A stretch of 64,000 nt of DNA, from the NCBI GenBank assembly GCA_050012255.1, contig JBEKHN010000003.1:32001-96000 (forward strand), in the 5' to 3' direction. Origin of the DNA: Candidatus Bathyarchaeia archaeon. GTDB taxonomy: Archaea; Thermoproteota; Bathyarchaeia; Bathyarchaeales; Bathycorpusculaceae. The stretch's first letter is position 1. Each line of letters starts with the position of its first letter. This document shows, piece after piece, positions 9,714 to 18,988 of this stretch. The notes beneath the pieces were generated by a model. It was not told the origin of the DNA. It did no database searches and saw nothing but the letters and a program-made list of their open reading frames with translations. The translations under genes were made by a program, and so were the position numbers.

Positions 9714-9957
9714 ACTTCAGATGATTCGAACCGTGTCGGGTTAATACCAGACTTGATTTTTATTAACCAGAGCGCGGACCGTGCTTCATTACAACGAAGG
9801 CATCAAGTCTTTTCGTTGACAGAGGATGCGCATCTCAAAGGCTTGTGGTCTATCCCTGAATAACACGCTACTACTGGCAATCAGCCATCTGTCTCTTGAA
9901 GAAATCTCATAGCAAATGGTAAACCACGCGCACCCTGTCGAGTTTTCTTTTGGCTTG

Positions 9958-10965
9958 TCAAAGAGTTTCCGCGTAAGCGGACGCTAGTTGGAAGTATGCC
10001 TTTGCTTCTCTCATTGCTCCTCTCTTTTCTCCACTAGTTACACTGGTGTCTTCAAGTTTGAAACTGGCAACTTTTCCTCGCACGTAGGCTCGGTAGCATT
10101 TATAGAAAGGAAGAATCTTCATCAACTTTCGGTCTCCAGAATATTCGACATATCTCTTGACGAAAAAGTTAGACAGATCGGTTCGTCCTTTGAAGTCTAA
10201 ATCCATAGCTAAGAAGGCGATGTCGGAGGCAACGTCAGAATACCTAAATCTTTCGTTAAATTCAATCGCATCGAAGATGTAAATTCGGTCTGCCAAGAAG
10301 ATGTTACCCGAATGAATGTCCCCGTGACAGTCTTTGACTCGGCCCTCCTCAGCCCTATTCTGAAAAAAGGACATAGTTCTCTTCATGAAATCGTTGACTC
10401 TTTCACGGACTAGCTTGAAATCCTTCGTTGATATCGTTTTGCCGACAAATCTCGAAGTCTGATCGAAATTTTCCTTCCAATTGGTTTCTATTATCGCCAA
10501 GGAACCGAACTCGCTTATCCTCTTGTTCGTTTCCGCCTTTGAATGGAATTCAGCGATGATCTTCGCTATTCTGTCAATAAGCTCATTATCCACTTTGTTC
10601 TCTTCGAGTAACTTGTTCATCATCTTTTCCTGAGGCATCCTCTTCATCTTCACAGCATACTCGACAGTTTGTCCTTCGCCCCTGATTTTAATCACGCTTG
10701 ATCTGTTGATGGGAACAACTTCAAGATACATGCCTTCACACAAGCGTTTGTTGAGCTCTAGCTCTCTTTCGCAGAAGAACCGCCTCTTTTCGAGCGTTGT
10801 GAAGTCCAGAAATCCAAGATTCACAGCCTTCTTCACTTTGTAGACAAAGTTACTGGTTAAAAAGACGAAGGATATGTGGGTCTGGGTCAGTTCAATTCTA
10901 CCTGGTTGCTCATCATAAGCCTCAGGTTTCATTAAAGCTTCTACAACTTCCTTCTGAATAGACAT
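9958..10965 (-). CDS. APH-like phosphotransferase (COG2187 type)
   Basis: QTHISFVFL, YKVKK.V.LGFLDF.TLE.R, CHGDIH..NI, FDAIEFN.RFR..D. Confidence 0.88.
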   Translation of the reverse strand: MSIQKEVVEALMKPEAYDEQPGRIELTQTHISFVFLTSNFVYKVKKAVNLGFLDFTTLEKRRFFCERELELNKRLCEGMYLEVVPINRSSVIKIRGEGQTVEYAVKMKRMPQEKMMNKLLEENKVDNELIDRIAKIIAEFHSKAETNKRISEFGSLAIIETNWKENFDQTSRFVGKTISTKDFKLVRERVNDFMKRTMSFFQNRAEEGRVKDCHGDIHSGNIFLADRIYIFDAIEFNERFRYSDVASDIAFLAMDLDFKGRTDLSNFFVKRYVEYSGDRKLMKILPFYKCYRAYVRGKVASFKLEDTSVTSGEKRGAMREAKAYFQLASAYAETL

Positions 10966-11251
10966 TTACTGGGTTTGCTTCCTTTAGACCAGTTGACAAC
11001 CTTTCTGTCGCTGATAGAACAATAATTAACCATATAGGGCTTTCCAGTAGCGCGCATGCCTGTTCCGAAAATGGTCAAAAATGGTTTTAATTCCGTCTGT
11101 TGAATTCCAGAAAGGCTTGTTGCTACAAGGAAAACATGGGCTGTGCGAAGTTCGACAATGTTTCTAAATCCCAAAAGAAGAATAAAAGCCATTTTTGGCC
11201 AATTTAGGAACACGCATGCGCGCTAGACGGATTCATACCTGCTTTACTCAT

Positions 11252-11854
11252 CTACTTGCTCGGCTTTGATACAAAGCAACTATCTTTTATGAGAAATCTC
11301 CAAGGCAAATGCTTCCATTCCTTTGCATAGTCCACGTTAACCCTTGTTGTTTGAATGACCTGTTTCTCATTTACCGTCACACCTATCTCAATGCATAAAG
11401 GTGGAACACACAAGTCTGTACCATTTTGCTTTTTCGATATGCCCATGGCAATACAAAGCTTGCCTGGGCCATTGGCTAAACTGAATATCCGACTTCTGGC
11501 AGGACTCCTCCTTCTGATCATGAGTTCAACACCCTCTATCGGCTCTAGCGCTCTAACCAAGATTGCCTCCGGTTTTCCAACAAGGCTTCCGCTCGTGACG
11601 TCAAAACAAAAATACATTCCATAAACTTGATAGATGTATGCGTGTCCCTTGGGCCCGAACTGAACTTCTGTCCGCCGTGTCCGGAGATTGTTGTAGGCAT
11701 GAGATGCCTTGTCCTCTGGACCCATGTAGGCTTCTGTCTCAACGATTTTGCCTATTGTGGTTCCTTCTGTGTTCTCATGAACAAGGAATTTTCCAAGGAG
11801 CTCTTTCGCAACAGTTAATGTGTCTCTTTCATAGAATTTTCTGCTCAGGATCAT
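11252..11854 (-). CDS. mpg: DNA-3-methyladenine glycosylase
   Basis: IVETEAY.G..D.ASH, YIY.VYGMY, A.LVRALEP, NGPGKLC. Confidence 0.95.
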   Translation of the reverse strand: MILSRKFYERDTLTVAKELLGKFLVHENTEGTTIGKIVETEAYMGPEDKASHAYNNLRTRRTEVQFGPKGHAYIYQVYGMYFCFDVTSGSLVGKPEAILVRALEPIEGVELMIRRRSPARSRIFSLANGPGKLCIAMGISKKQNGTDLCVPPLCIEIGVTVNEKQVIQTTRVNVDYAKEWKHLPWRFLIKDSCFVSKPSK

Positions 11855-11979
11855 CTGTGACAGTGAGGAGTTGAATCATAATAAATTCTTATCGCCCAAA
11901 TCCCTCTGCCTTTCACACGCGAAGCTGGATGTCTCATTAATGCGGTGGCAGCAAATACGTTCGACAACATTCTCTTGAG

Positions 11980-12168
11980 CTAACGCCCTGCTTTCATGAT
12001 AGCTAATGCCTTCAAAGGTCTCTTTTCTTGTGGTATGTTCACAACCATCACGGCCATCTTCCTAATGGCTTCTTCTGCTGCAAGTCGGGCCTCTTTTCTG
12101 GTTTCATATTCTCCTTTAAGCTCAATCCAGGGCAGGGTTTCGTCAACTCTTATCAACACGGTGTACAA
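11980..12168 (-). CDS. Small hypothetical protein
   Basis: 62-aa ORF filling the intergenic space with protein-like composition. Confidence 0.55.
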   Translation of the reverse strand: MYTVLIRVDETLPWIELKGEYETRKEARLAAEEAIRKMAVMVVNIPQEKRPLKALAIMKAGR

Positions 12169-12348
12169 GCCTTGACGCCTCTGAACGAGAAGTTGGTTGC
12201 AGCCATTAAAACGATTATGAATTCTGAATAATGACCCTAGATCAACATGCGATGGAGAACGAAAAACACCCGTTCCTTACCAAGGATACTGATTCTCCCT
12301 GCACTAGTACTATAAGGAGCAAGATCTGATTGTTATCGATGGTCCATT

Positions 12349-12741
12349 ATGCACAAAAAGAAGCAGAGTGCCAAAGAAAACAAGTTTGCATGTCCGAATT
12401 CGTCGTGTAGTCTGGTCTTTTCGAAGCCTGTGAAAGTCAGGAACGTTGGTTCCGAAGATTCACAATGTTATGATGCCTGTCCACATTGTCTGACCGCTAT
12501 CATCATAGAAGAAAGCGTTCCAGTTGTTGACGCGAAGCCTGGTGCAACGGTTGAGGATAATAAAGGACAGGAGGCTATCGTGAACAGCTCGGAAGAGGGG
12601 AGGACAAGGCCATCAACAGCTGTGCAGTGTGCGTACCATCTTGGATACCTGAATGAGCGGTCAAAGAATGAACAGATACCTGAAGATTGCATAGTTTGTG
12701 AAAACGTAGTGAAGTGTATGCTCAAAGCTGTCAACGGTTAA
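12349..12741 (+). CDS. Cys/His-rich putative Zn-binding protein
   Basis: CPNSSC...CPHC and C.YH.GYL...IPEDC..C...KC; TATAA at about 12310. Confidence 0.7.
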   Translation: MHKKKQSAKENKFACPNSSCSLVFSKPVKVRNVGSEDSQCYDACPHCLTAIIIEESVPVVDAKPGATVEDNKGQEAIVNSSEEGRTRPSTAVQCAYHLGYLNERSKNEQIPEDCIVCENVVKCMLKAVNG

Positions 12742-12849
12742 GATGGCTGTGGACAAAAGGTTCGTTAGCTGACTTTAACCTTTTTGGCCTGCAGAAAGAA
12801 TCTGAACGATGATAGGCTTCTTCTGGAATAAAAAAACTGGGCGTCTTGG

Positions 12850-13245
12850 CTATTCTTCGCCTTTTTTCTTCCTTTCTGGCTTCTTTGTCTCTTCCTTTGG
12901 CGTTTCCTTTGGCGTTTCCTTTGGCATCTCTTCGGCTGGTTTTTCTTCAACAGTCGGCTTCTCTTCCTTTTCCATTTCACTTGTGATCTCTTCGATCGGC
13001 TTTGGCGGCGGTGTCGTAGCCATTGTCCAACCTATCCATGCGCCTATGCCCATAATAGCGATGAACGCGACCAGAACTGGTACCGCTATGACCCAGAATT
13101 GGACAGCCGAGGTATCTATGCCGAATGCATAGTTGAGCCATCCTGGATCAAAGAGCGTAATGACGTACAGAAGGCCAACTATCGCGCAGACGATGAATAT
13201 TGCTCCACCTATCGCTTGATCTTTACTAACCATTGACATCACCAC
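12850..13245 (-). CDS. Two-TM membrane protein with Lys/Glu/Pro-rich tail (DPM2-like pattern)
   Basis: SKDQAIGG-TM...WVIAVP-TM-IGAWIGWTMATTPPPKP. Confidence 0.8.
   Translation of the reverse strand: MVMSMVSKDQAIGGAIFIVCAIVGLLYVITLFDPGWLNYAFGIDTSAVQFWVIAVPVLVAFIAIMGIGAWIGWTMATTPPPKPIEEITSEMEKEEKPTVEEKPAEEMPKETPKETPKEETKKPERKKKGEE
12892..12927. repeat. Coding tandem repeat, 12 bp x3 (PKET/PKEE units)
   Basis: ttcctttggcgt twice plus ttcctttggcat. Confidence 0.85.
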
Positions 13246-13306
13246 ATGTTAGCCATGTTTATCTCTTTAATACCTTTTAAAGTTTACCATGTCTCAACGT
13301 GAGCTG

Positions 13307-14578
13307 TCATGTTGTACCCAGTTCCCATGTCGCTAGATATTTTCTCTGCTCCTTCGTCAGTTTGTCAACCTTGATGTGCATAGCGTCGAGTTTCAGTTTT
13401 GCCACGTCATCATCTATTTCTTTTGGCACCGGATAGACTTTCGGCGGTAGCTTCGCTTTTTTCGCTAGGTATTCAACGCAGAGAGCTTGGTTTGCAAAAG
13501 ACATGTCCATGACCTCGGACGGATGTCCTTCGGCTGCCGCCAAGTTCACAAGTCTTCCTTCGGCCAAGAGGTACAGTTTTCGTCCATCCTTAACCGTGTA
13601 CTCGTCGAGGTTTGGTCTGATGTTTCTCTTTTTGGTCGAGAGTTCTTCGAGGTCTTTGAAGTCTATTTCAACGTTGAAGTGTCCGCTGTTGGCTAGAATG
13701 GCGCCGTCTTTCATCCGCATCATGTGTTCTTTCCTTATCACGCTAGTATCGCCGGTTGCCGTCACGAAAATGTCGCCTATTGCAGCCGCTTCCATGATTG
13801 GCATAACGCGGAACCCGTTCATCGCGGCTTCAAGTCCCCGTAGTGGGTTCACTTCGGTGATGATCACGTTCGCTCCCATCCCTTGCGCTCTCATCGCGAT
13901 GCCTCTTCCACACCAGCCGTAACCGCAGACGACAAAGTTCTTGCCCGCTAGGAGGATATTTGTCGCTCTCAATATGCCGTCCAACGTGCTTTGGCCCGTT
14001 CCGTAACGGTTGTCAAACAAGTATTTGGTGTAAGCGTCGTTTACTGCTATTATTGGGTACTTGAGTGCACCCTTTTTCTCCATGGCTCTCAAACGAAGCA
14101 CGCCGGTGGTTGTCTCCTCTGTCCCGCCTTTGATTTTCGGCAAGGCCTGTTTTCTCTTGCTGTGTAGTGTGCCAACGAGGTCTGCTCCGTCGTCCAAAGT
14201 TATGGTAGGGGCAAGATCCAATGCTTTTTCAACGCACCAGTAGTATTCTTCGGTTGTTTCGCCTCGCCAAGCAAAAACGTTTACGCCTCTCTTTGCCAGC
14301 GCTGCTGCAACATCGTCCTGTGTTGAAAGGGGGTTGGAACCGCACAGTGCAACTCTTGCTCCTGCGGCGACAAAAGTATCAACGAGCACGCCTGTTTCTT
14401 TTGTCACGTGCAGACATGCCCCAAGGGTCAAGCCCTTGAGCGGCTTTTCTTTAGCAACTCTCTCCCTAACCTGAGTTAAAACTGGCATGTGCTTTGATGC
14501 CCATTCGATCTGCAGATCTCCACTGGAAGCTAAGGTTAGATCTTTGACTTTGAACTTTTCCATAATTGTTTTCTCCAT
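13307..14578 (-). CDS. ahcY: Adenosylhomocysteinase
   Basis: [43 protein letters not shown]. Confidence 0.98.
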   Translation of the reverse strand: MEKTIMEKFKVKDLTLASSGDLQIEWASKHMPVLTQVRERVAKEKPLKGLTLGACLHVTKETGVLVDTFVAAGARVALCGSNPLSTQDDVAAALAKRGVNVFAWRGETTEEYYWCVEKALDLAPTITLDDGADLVGTLHSKRKQALPKIKGGTEETTTGVLRLRAMEKKGALKYPIIAVNDAYTKYLFDNRYGTGQSTLDGILRATNILLAGKNFVVCGYGWCGRGIAMRAQGMGANVIITEVNPLRGLEAAMNGFRVMPIMEAAAIGDIFVTATGDTSVIRKEHMMRMKDGAILANSGHFNVEIDFKDLEELSTKKRNIRPNLDEYTVKDGRKLYLLAEGRLVNLAAAEGHPSEVMDMSFANQALCVEYLAKKAKLPPKVYPVPKEIDDDVAKLKLDAMHIKVDKLTKEQRKYLATWELGTT

Positions 14579-14712
14579 TACGTTCTGTGGCGGTTCGCTA
14601 TTTAAGGCTAAGTGCGGACTGGTTCACTCTTTGGCACTTCCCCTAGTTTCTCGGCTTGTATCGCTATATTTTTAACTTGTAACTGATAACTCTTCGTTTT
14701 GGATGTGATTTC

Positions 14713-15801
14713 TTGCTTGAGTTGAAGGCTGAAAGGGTGGAGGAGTATCTTTCAAGCGTCTATAAGGCAGCGGTCAAGGTCTTGCGAGTCGTGCCCTTGC
14801 GCAGCGGTCAGGTTGCTGACTTGAAAGGCTTCGGGTACGGGGTGCCCTACCTTATTGAGTGCAGTGTACACGGACAAACCAAGCGGTTAGTCTTGGAGAC
14901 CATGCGGCCTGAAGGCTTTGGGCATGACTACTTCTCTGATAGGGCCGCCATTCTGCTCTGGCAGCACTCCGCGTTTAACAAACTGCCTAGACACGTCAGT
15001 TCTGTTGATGTTGGCTCCTTTTCAAACGACGGAGAGACTTTGAAGTCGTTGGGAGACTGTGTCGAATTCTTCATCCTAACCGACTTTGTTGAAGGCTCAC
15101 CCTACCATGATGACTTAGACCGCATCAAAGAAACTTGCAAAGTGACGGATCTAGATGAGGAACGATGTGTGGCGCTGTCTGACTATCTTGTCGAGATCCA
15201 TTCGGTCAAGAAGAAGGATGCACCAGGACTCTATGTCAGGCGGATTCGTGACCTGACTGGACATGGTGAAGGCATTTTTGGGTTGGCAGACAGTTATCCC
15301 AGCAATTTAGGCTATGTTGATGAGAAGTACTTCGTTGAACTTGAAAAGAACTGTTTGGATTGGCGCTGGCGCCTGAAACACAAGGCTCACAGGCTCTCGC
15401 AAGTGCACGGAGACTTTCACTCTTGGAACGTTCTGTTCAGGCAGGGGTTAGATTTCACCGTTCTGGACCGCAGCAGAGGCGAATGGGGGGAGCCTGCTGA
15501 CGACGTTTCGGCTATGACGATCAACTACCTTTTCTATTCTTTGCAGACCTTCGGAGAGATGAACGGACCCTTCGGAAGGTTGTTCATACTTTTCTGGAAG
15601 AACTACTTGGACAAGACTGGCGACGACGAGATTTTGAAAGTCATTCAACCTTTCTACGCTTGGCGCAGTCTTGTCATAGCGTCCCCCTTGTGGTACCCGA
15701 ATCTGCCCCTGATTGCGCGGAAAAAGATCCTCCGCTTCGCCACCAAAGTACTCGAAGCCAGAGAATTTGAGGTTGAAAGCGTAAAGTCCTACCTAAAATA
15801 G
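14713..15801 (+). CDS. APH-like phosphotransferase
   Basis: HGDFHSWNVLF catalytic loop; LDRSRGEWGEPADD. Confidence 0.85.
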   Translation: MLELKAERVEEYLSSVYKAAVKVLRVVPLRSGQVADLKGFGYGVPYLIECSVHGQTKRLVLETMRPEGFGHDYFSDRAAILLWQHSAFNKLPRHVSSVDVGSFSNDGETLKSLGDCVEFFILTDFVEGSPYHDDLDRIKETCKVTDLDEERCVALSDYLVEIHSVKKKDAPGLYVRRIRDLTGHGEGIFGLADSYPSNLGYVDEKYFVELEKNCLDWRWRLKHKAHRLSQVHGDFHSWNVLFRQGLDFTVLDRSRGEWGEPADDVSAMTINYLFYSLQTFGEMNGPFGRLFILFWKNYLDKTGDDEILKVIQPFYAWRSLVIASPLWYPNLPLIARKKILRFATKVLEAREFEVESVKSYLK

Positions 15802-15904
15802 CATTTGCGACATTTCACCGCCGGCGTTAATCCAATATATCAACGGTGAGACTAAAGTATAAATAGGGTCAAGGGTAGGGTTTCTTGGGGCAAGGGGTTC
15901 AACC

Positions 15905-16024
15905 TTGAGCGTAGGGTCTTTAGACGACCTGAAGAGACTTCTCAGCGAGATGGGCTATTCTCCGAACGCAGTCAGTGAAATATTGAAATGGTACAGAGAG
16001 AACAGTTCTGACAGAAAAGCATGA
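15905..16024 (+). CDS. 39-aa small protein with UBA-like LxxMGY motif
   Basis: Hand translation MSVGSLDDLKRLLSEMGYSPNAVSEILKWYRENSSDRKA; ATGA overlap with next gene; TATAAATA at about 15858. Confidence 0.55.
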   Translation: MSVGSLDDLKRLLSEMGYSPNAVSEILKWYRENSSDRKA

Positions 16025-16422
16025 AGGGCATCTACGTTCTCATAATCGCAATAGACAGGAACATCAACGTAGACACTGGCGCATTAGGCAACTTGAATCT
16101 TGAAAAGGGCCTGTACGCTTACGTGGGCTCAGCCCAAAACAACTTGGAAGAACGCATCAGGCGGCATCTCAGAACAGAGAAGGCGAAGTTTTGGCACATC
16201 GATTACTTGCTAGACAACTCGCCTGTCAAGGTTCTGAAAGTCTTCTACAAAAGAGCAGGAAAGCCAAAGGAATGCAAGATCGCCAGGGAACTTGCGAAGA
16301 AGGGTTTTCCAATACGAGGCTTCGGTAGTTCAGACTGCAAGTGTGAAAGCCACCTGATCAAGGTCGAAGACTATGAGTTTTTAAGAGAACACATGAGAGA
16401 AACTGTAGTGGGGCCATCATGA
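16021..16422 (+). CDS. GIY-YIG nuclease (DUF123/Uri family)
   Basis: KGIYVL, G.YAYVGSA, RI.RH, WHIDYLL, GFGSSDC.C.SHL. Confidence 0.92.
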   Translation: MKGIYVLIIAIDRNINVDTGALGNLNLEKGLYAYVGSAQNNLEERIRRHLRTEKAKFWHIDYLLDNSPVKVLKVFYKRAGKPKECKIARELAKKGFPIRGFGSSDCKCESHLIKVEDYEFLREHMRETVVGPS

Positions 16423-16997
16423 AAGAAGGAGCCTCGGCTAGACCGGGCTGGTGCGTTTGGGTCACAGGCCTGCCTGGAAGCGGCAAGTCCGTTGTGTCCG
16501 AAGCTCTGCTGAAGCTTCTGGATCAGGAGAGGGTCCAAGCTCAACTGTTGTCCGTGGACGCTCTACGCAAAGTTTTGACTCCTAAGCCATCCTACTCTTC
16601 CGAAGAACGTGACACGGTCTATGCAACCCTCGTCTACTTTGCTGAGCTTCTGACAGAGAATGGTGTGAACGTTTTGATCGACGCGACTGGCAACCTTAGA
16701 CGCTTCCGTGACAACGCAAGAAAGCGGATTCCAAAGTTCATCGAGGCCTATCTTGAGTGTCCAATGGAAGTTTGCATGGATCGTGAGGCCAGAAGAGGGA
16801 AGACTCACCTCGCTCCAAGGAAAATCTACTCACGGGCCCTGAAGGGTGAAACCCCAACTGTCCCCGGGATCGGGCAACCCTACGAGCCTCCTTTAAACCC
16901 TGAAGTAACGGTGAACACTGCCAAATGCTCGCCGCAAGAATCCGCAAGGGAAATACTGCAGAAGCTATTACTTGTTGAGACTGGAGAAAGAGAGTAG
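16419..16997 (+). CDS. Adenylyl-sulfate kinase-like protein
   Basis: WVTGLPGSGKS, D.LR, YL.CP, PG...PYE.P..PE. Confidence 0.82.
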   Translation: MKEGASARPGWCVWVTGLPGSGKSVVSEALLKLLDQERVQAQLLSVDALRKVLTPKPSYSSEERDTVYATLVYFAELLTENGVNVLIDATGNLRRFRDNARKRIPKFIEAYLECPMEVCMDREARRGKTHLAPRKIYSRALKGETPTVPGIGQPYEPPLNPEVTVNTAKCSPQESAREILQKLLLVETGERE

Positions 16998-17001
16998 GCT
17001 T

Positions 17002-17622
17002 TCAAGCATTCTTGACGTAGTTGAAAACAGCGTCTGCTTGCTCTTTCGAGATTTTCGAGTTTCGAAGGAGTCTTTCTGCTAGCTCGGTGACCTTTGCCAA
17101 GGCGTACACTCTGTAGCCAAGCTTTCCTAGGTTTTCTGCACCGTGCTGTTCCCTGTCAACCACTACTAGGATGTTTTCTACGCGGGCCCCAAGCTGCTCG
17201 AGAGGCTTTATTGCTTCCAGCTTGGACAAGCCCTCGCTGATAACATCATCAAAGAACAGAATCCTTTCGCCTTTTGCGACTTCTGCACCTGCAATTCTTC
17301 CTGACGCGCCGTACACTTTTTCCTCTTTCCTCACCACGGTGCACGGCAGGTTCGTTCGACAAGCGATGCTCGGCAGAATCAAGGCACCTTTCAACTCGAT
17401 CGAAGCTAATTTGTCTATCCTATCCTTGGCCTCAAGCATCCTAATCTTGTCTGCGGCAATGTCTGCAAGAGTGCTAAGGTCTTTGGGAGAGGAAAGCAGA
17501 CATGCAAGGTCAATGTAGTATGGGCTTAGGGCCCCAGATTTGATGTGGAAAGTGCCAAACTTCAAGCAACCGGAATGATACAGGGTTCCGGCAATCTCAG
17601 AAGTAGTATCAGCCATGATCAA
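17002..17622 (-). CDS. pyrE: Orotate phosphoribosyltransferase
   Basis: FG.F..KSG..SPYYID, RKE.K.YG, FFDDVIS.G.S. Confidence 0.88.
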   Translation of the reverse strand: MIMADTTSEIAGTLYHSGCLKFGTFHIKSGALSPYYIDLACLLSSPKDLSTLADIAADKIRMLEAKDRIDKLASIELKGALILPSIACRTNLPCTVVRKEEKVYGASGRIAGAEVAKGERILFFDDVISEGLSKLEAIKPLEQLGARVENILVVVDREQHGAENLGKLGYRVYALAKVTELAERLLRNSKISKEQADAVFNYVKNA

Positions 17623-17795
17623 CCCTCGTCAGGACTAGACGCACCCATATTTAATACTTGTCAGGGCGCGCACTACCGATGACATTGTCCACGTCAGGGA
17701 ATCAAACCAAATGTGAGCATTGCGGAAGCACAGTGTACGCGCAGGACATCTTTGAGAAGGTAAAATCACTGATTGGATGATGTTCGAGGAGTTCG

Positions 17796-17990
17796 CTACG
17801 CGGCAGGATTCTTGCTGACTTTGGTCAGCTTGTAATTGCCAATGAAGTCTTTCTTGTAGAAATGGAATAGGCCGCAATTCTGGCACTTCATAATCTTCGT
17901 AGACTGCTTAATATCCAATTCAAACAATTCTAGAGGGCCACCGCAATCATAGCACTTACCAGTGTGCTTTCTTGGTTCCTTTTCAACCAT
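17796..17990 (-). CDS. Small Zn-ribbon protein
   Basis: CYDCGG...CQNCG; likely start MVEKEP. Confidence 0.65.
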   Translation of the reverse strand: MVEKEPRKHTGKCYDCGGPLELFELDIKQSTKIMKCQNCGLFHFYKKDFIGNYKLTKVSKNPAA

Positions 17991-18291
17991 CCAAAACCCA
18001 ACGTTCTTTGTTGTGTGACTCTCTTGGCTAAAATATTTTTCCATGCAACGATGAAATCAAAACAACTGTGCTTGACGATTCGGGCTTTTCACGATAGTTT
18101 GAAGGCTCCTTAGAACGTTTGTGACCCAGTGCTGTCGATGTTTTGCAGGCCGCACTGCATTCAATCATGGATAATTTCATAAATCATAACACCCATAGAA
18201 AATACAAATGAATTATGGCTATATGGAGAAGATTTCTTAAACAACTTACGAAATAGTATAGACAGACCCGCTTGTTTAAGGAGGAACGTGT

Positions 18292-18837
18292 TTGAAGGAT
18301 ATAGAGATCAAACTGGTTTGTGAGCTCATTAAGAACAGCAGAAGAAGTGATAGGGAACTAGCAAAGGCAATTGGTGTCTCTCAACCTACAGTCTCCAGAA
18401 TCAGAACAAGGCTTGAAAAAGAAGGGGTCATCGAGTATGCTGGAACTGCGAATCTGAGAAAATTGGGTTTTGAGATCATTGCAATTACGTTTGGAAACAA
18501 GAAACGTGAACAGCCTCCTGATACCAAAGTGGCAAAGGGAAGGGATCTCACGGCAAAGAATCCTAACATGATCTTTGTTTCCACTGGCATGGGCTTAGGT
18601 TCAGACATAGTAGCAGTCTCAGTCCACAAGACCTATTCAGACTATGCTGAATACACACAAGAAATCAGGGCAGAATGGGCAGAATCCATGACGTTAACTG
18701 GCTCGTTTCTCATAGCCCTAAACAGTGACAACGTCTTAAGACCTCTTTCCATGAGATACATAGCTGATTGTTTAGAAAGAGAAGTCAGAGCAAGGGCTCA
18801 AAGTCCTGCAATACCGAGGATTTCAAAGAGTCAATAA
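18292..18837 (+). CDS. Lrp/AsnC family transcriptional regulator
   Basis: NSRRSDRELAKAIGVSQPTVSR.R.RLEKEGVI HTH. Confidence 0.9.
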   Translation: MKDIEIKLVCELIKNSRRSDRELAKAIGVSQPTVSRIRTRLEKEGVIEYAGTANLRKLGFEIIAITFGNKKREQPPDTKVAKGRDLTAKNPNMIFVSTGMGLGSDIVAVSVHKTYSDYAEYTQEIRAEWAESMTLTGSFLIALNSDNVLRPLSMRYIADCLEREVRARAQSPAIPRISKSQ

Positions 18838-18988
18838 AGGTTATGGGCCGAAGCACAGATAGAGGCGTGATTTTCGCACAGGGCAAGTCGATTTGGGAAA
18901 ACGCTGGCTAAACCCCTTCTAACGTGACGGAACCAAAATGTTAATAACTCATTGTCCTCATTCCTAGAAGTCGCGAAGCGAAAAAACA

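Noticed and set aside
1-11900. Classical integron attC cassette array
   Set aside because: Gene content is cassette-like, but I found no RYYYAAC...GTTRRRY attC hairpins, orientations are mixed and no intI is present.
16021-16422. Homing endonuclease or mobile intron
   Set aside because: Short stand-alone DUF123-type nuclease; no interrupted host gene or intron structure.
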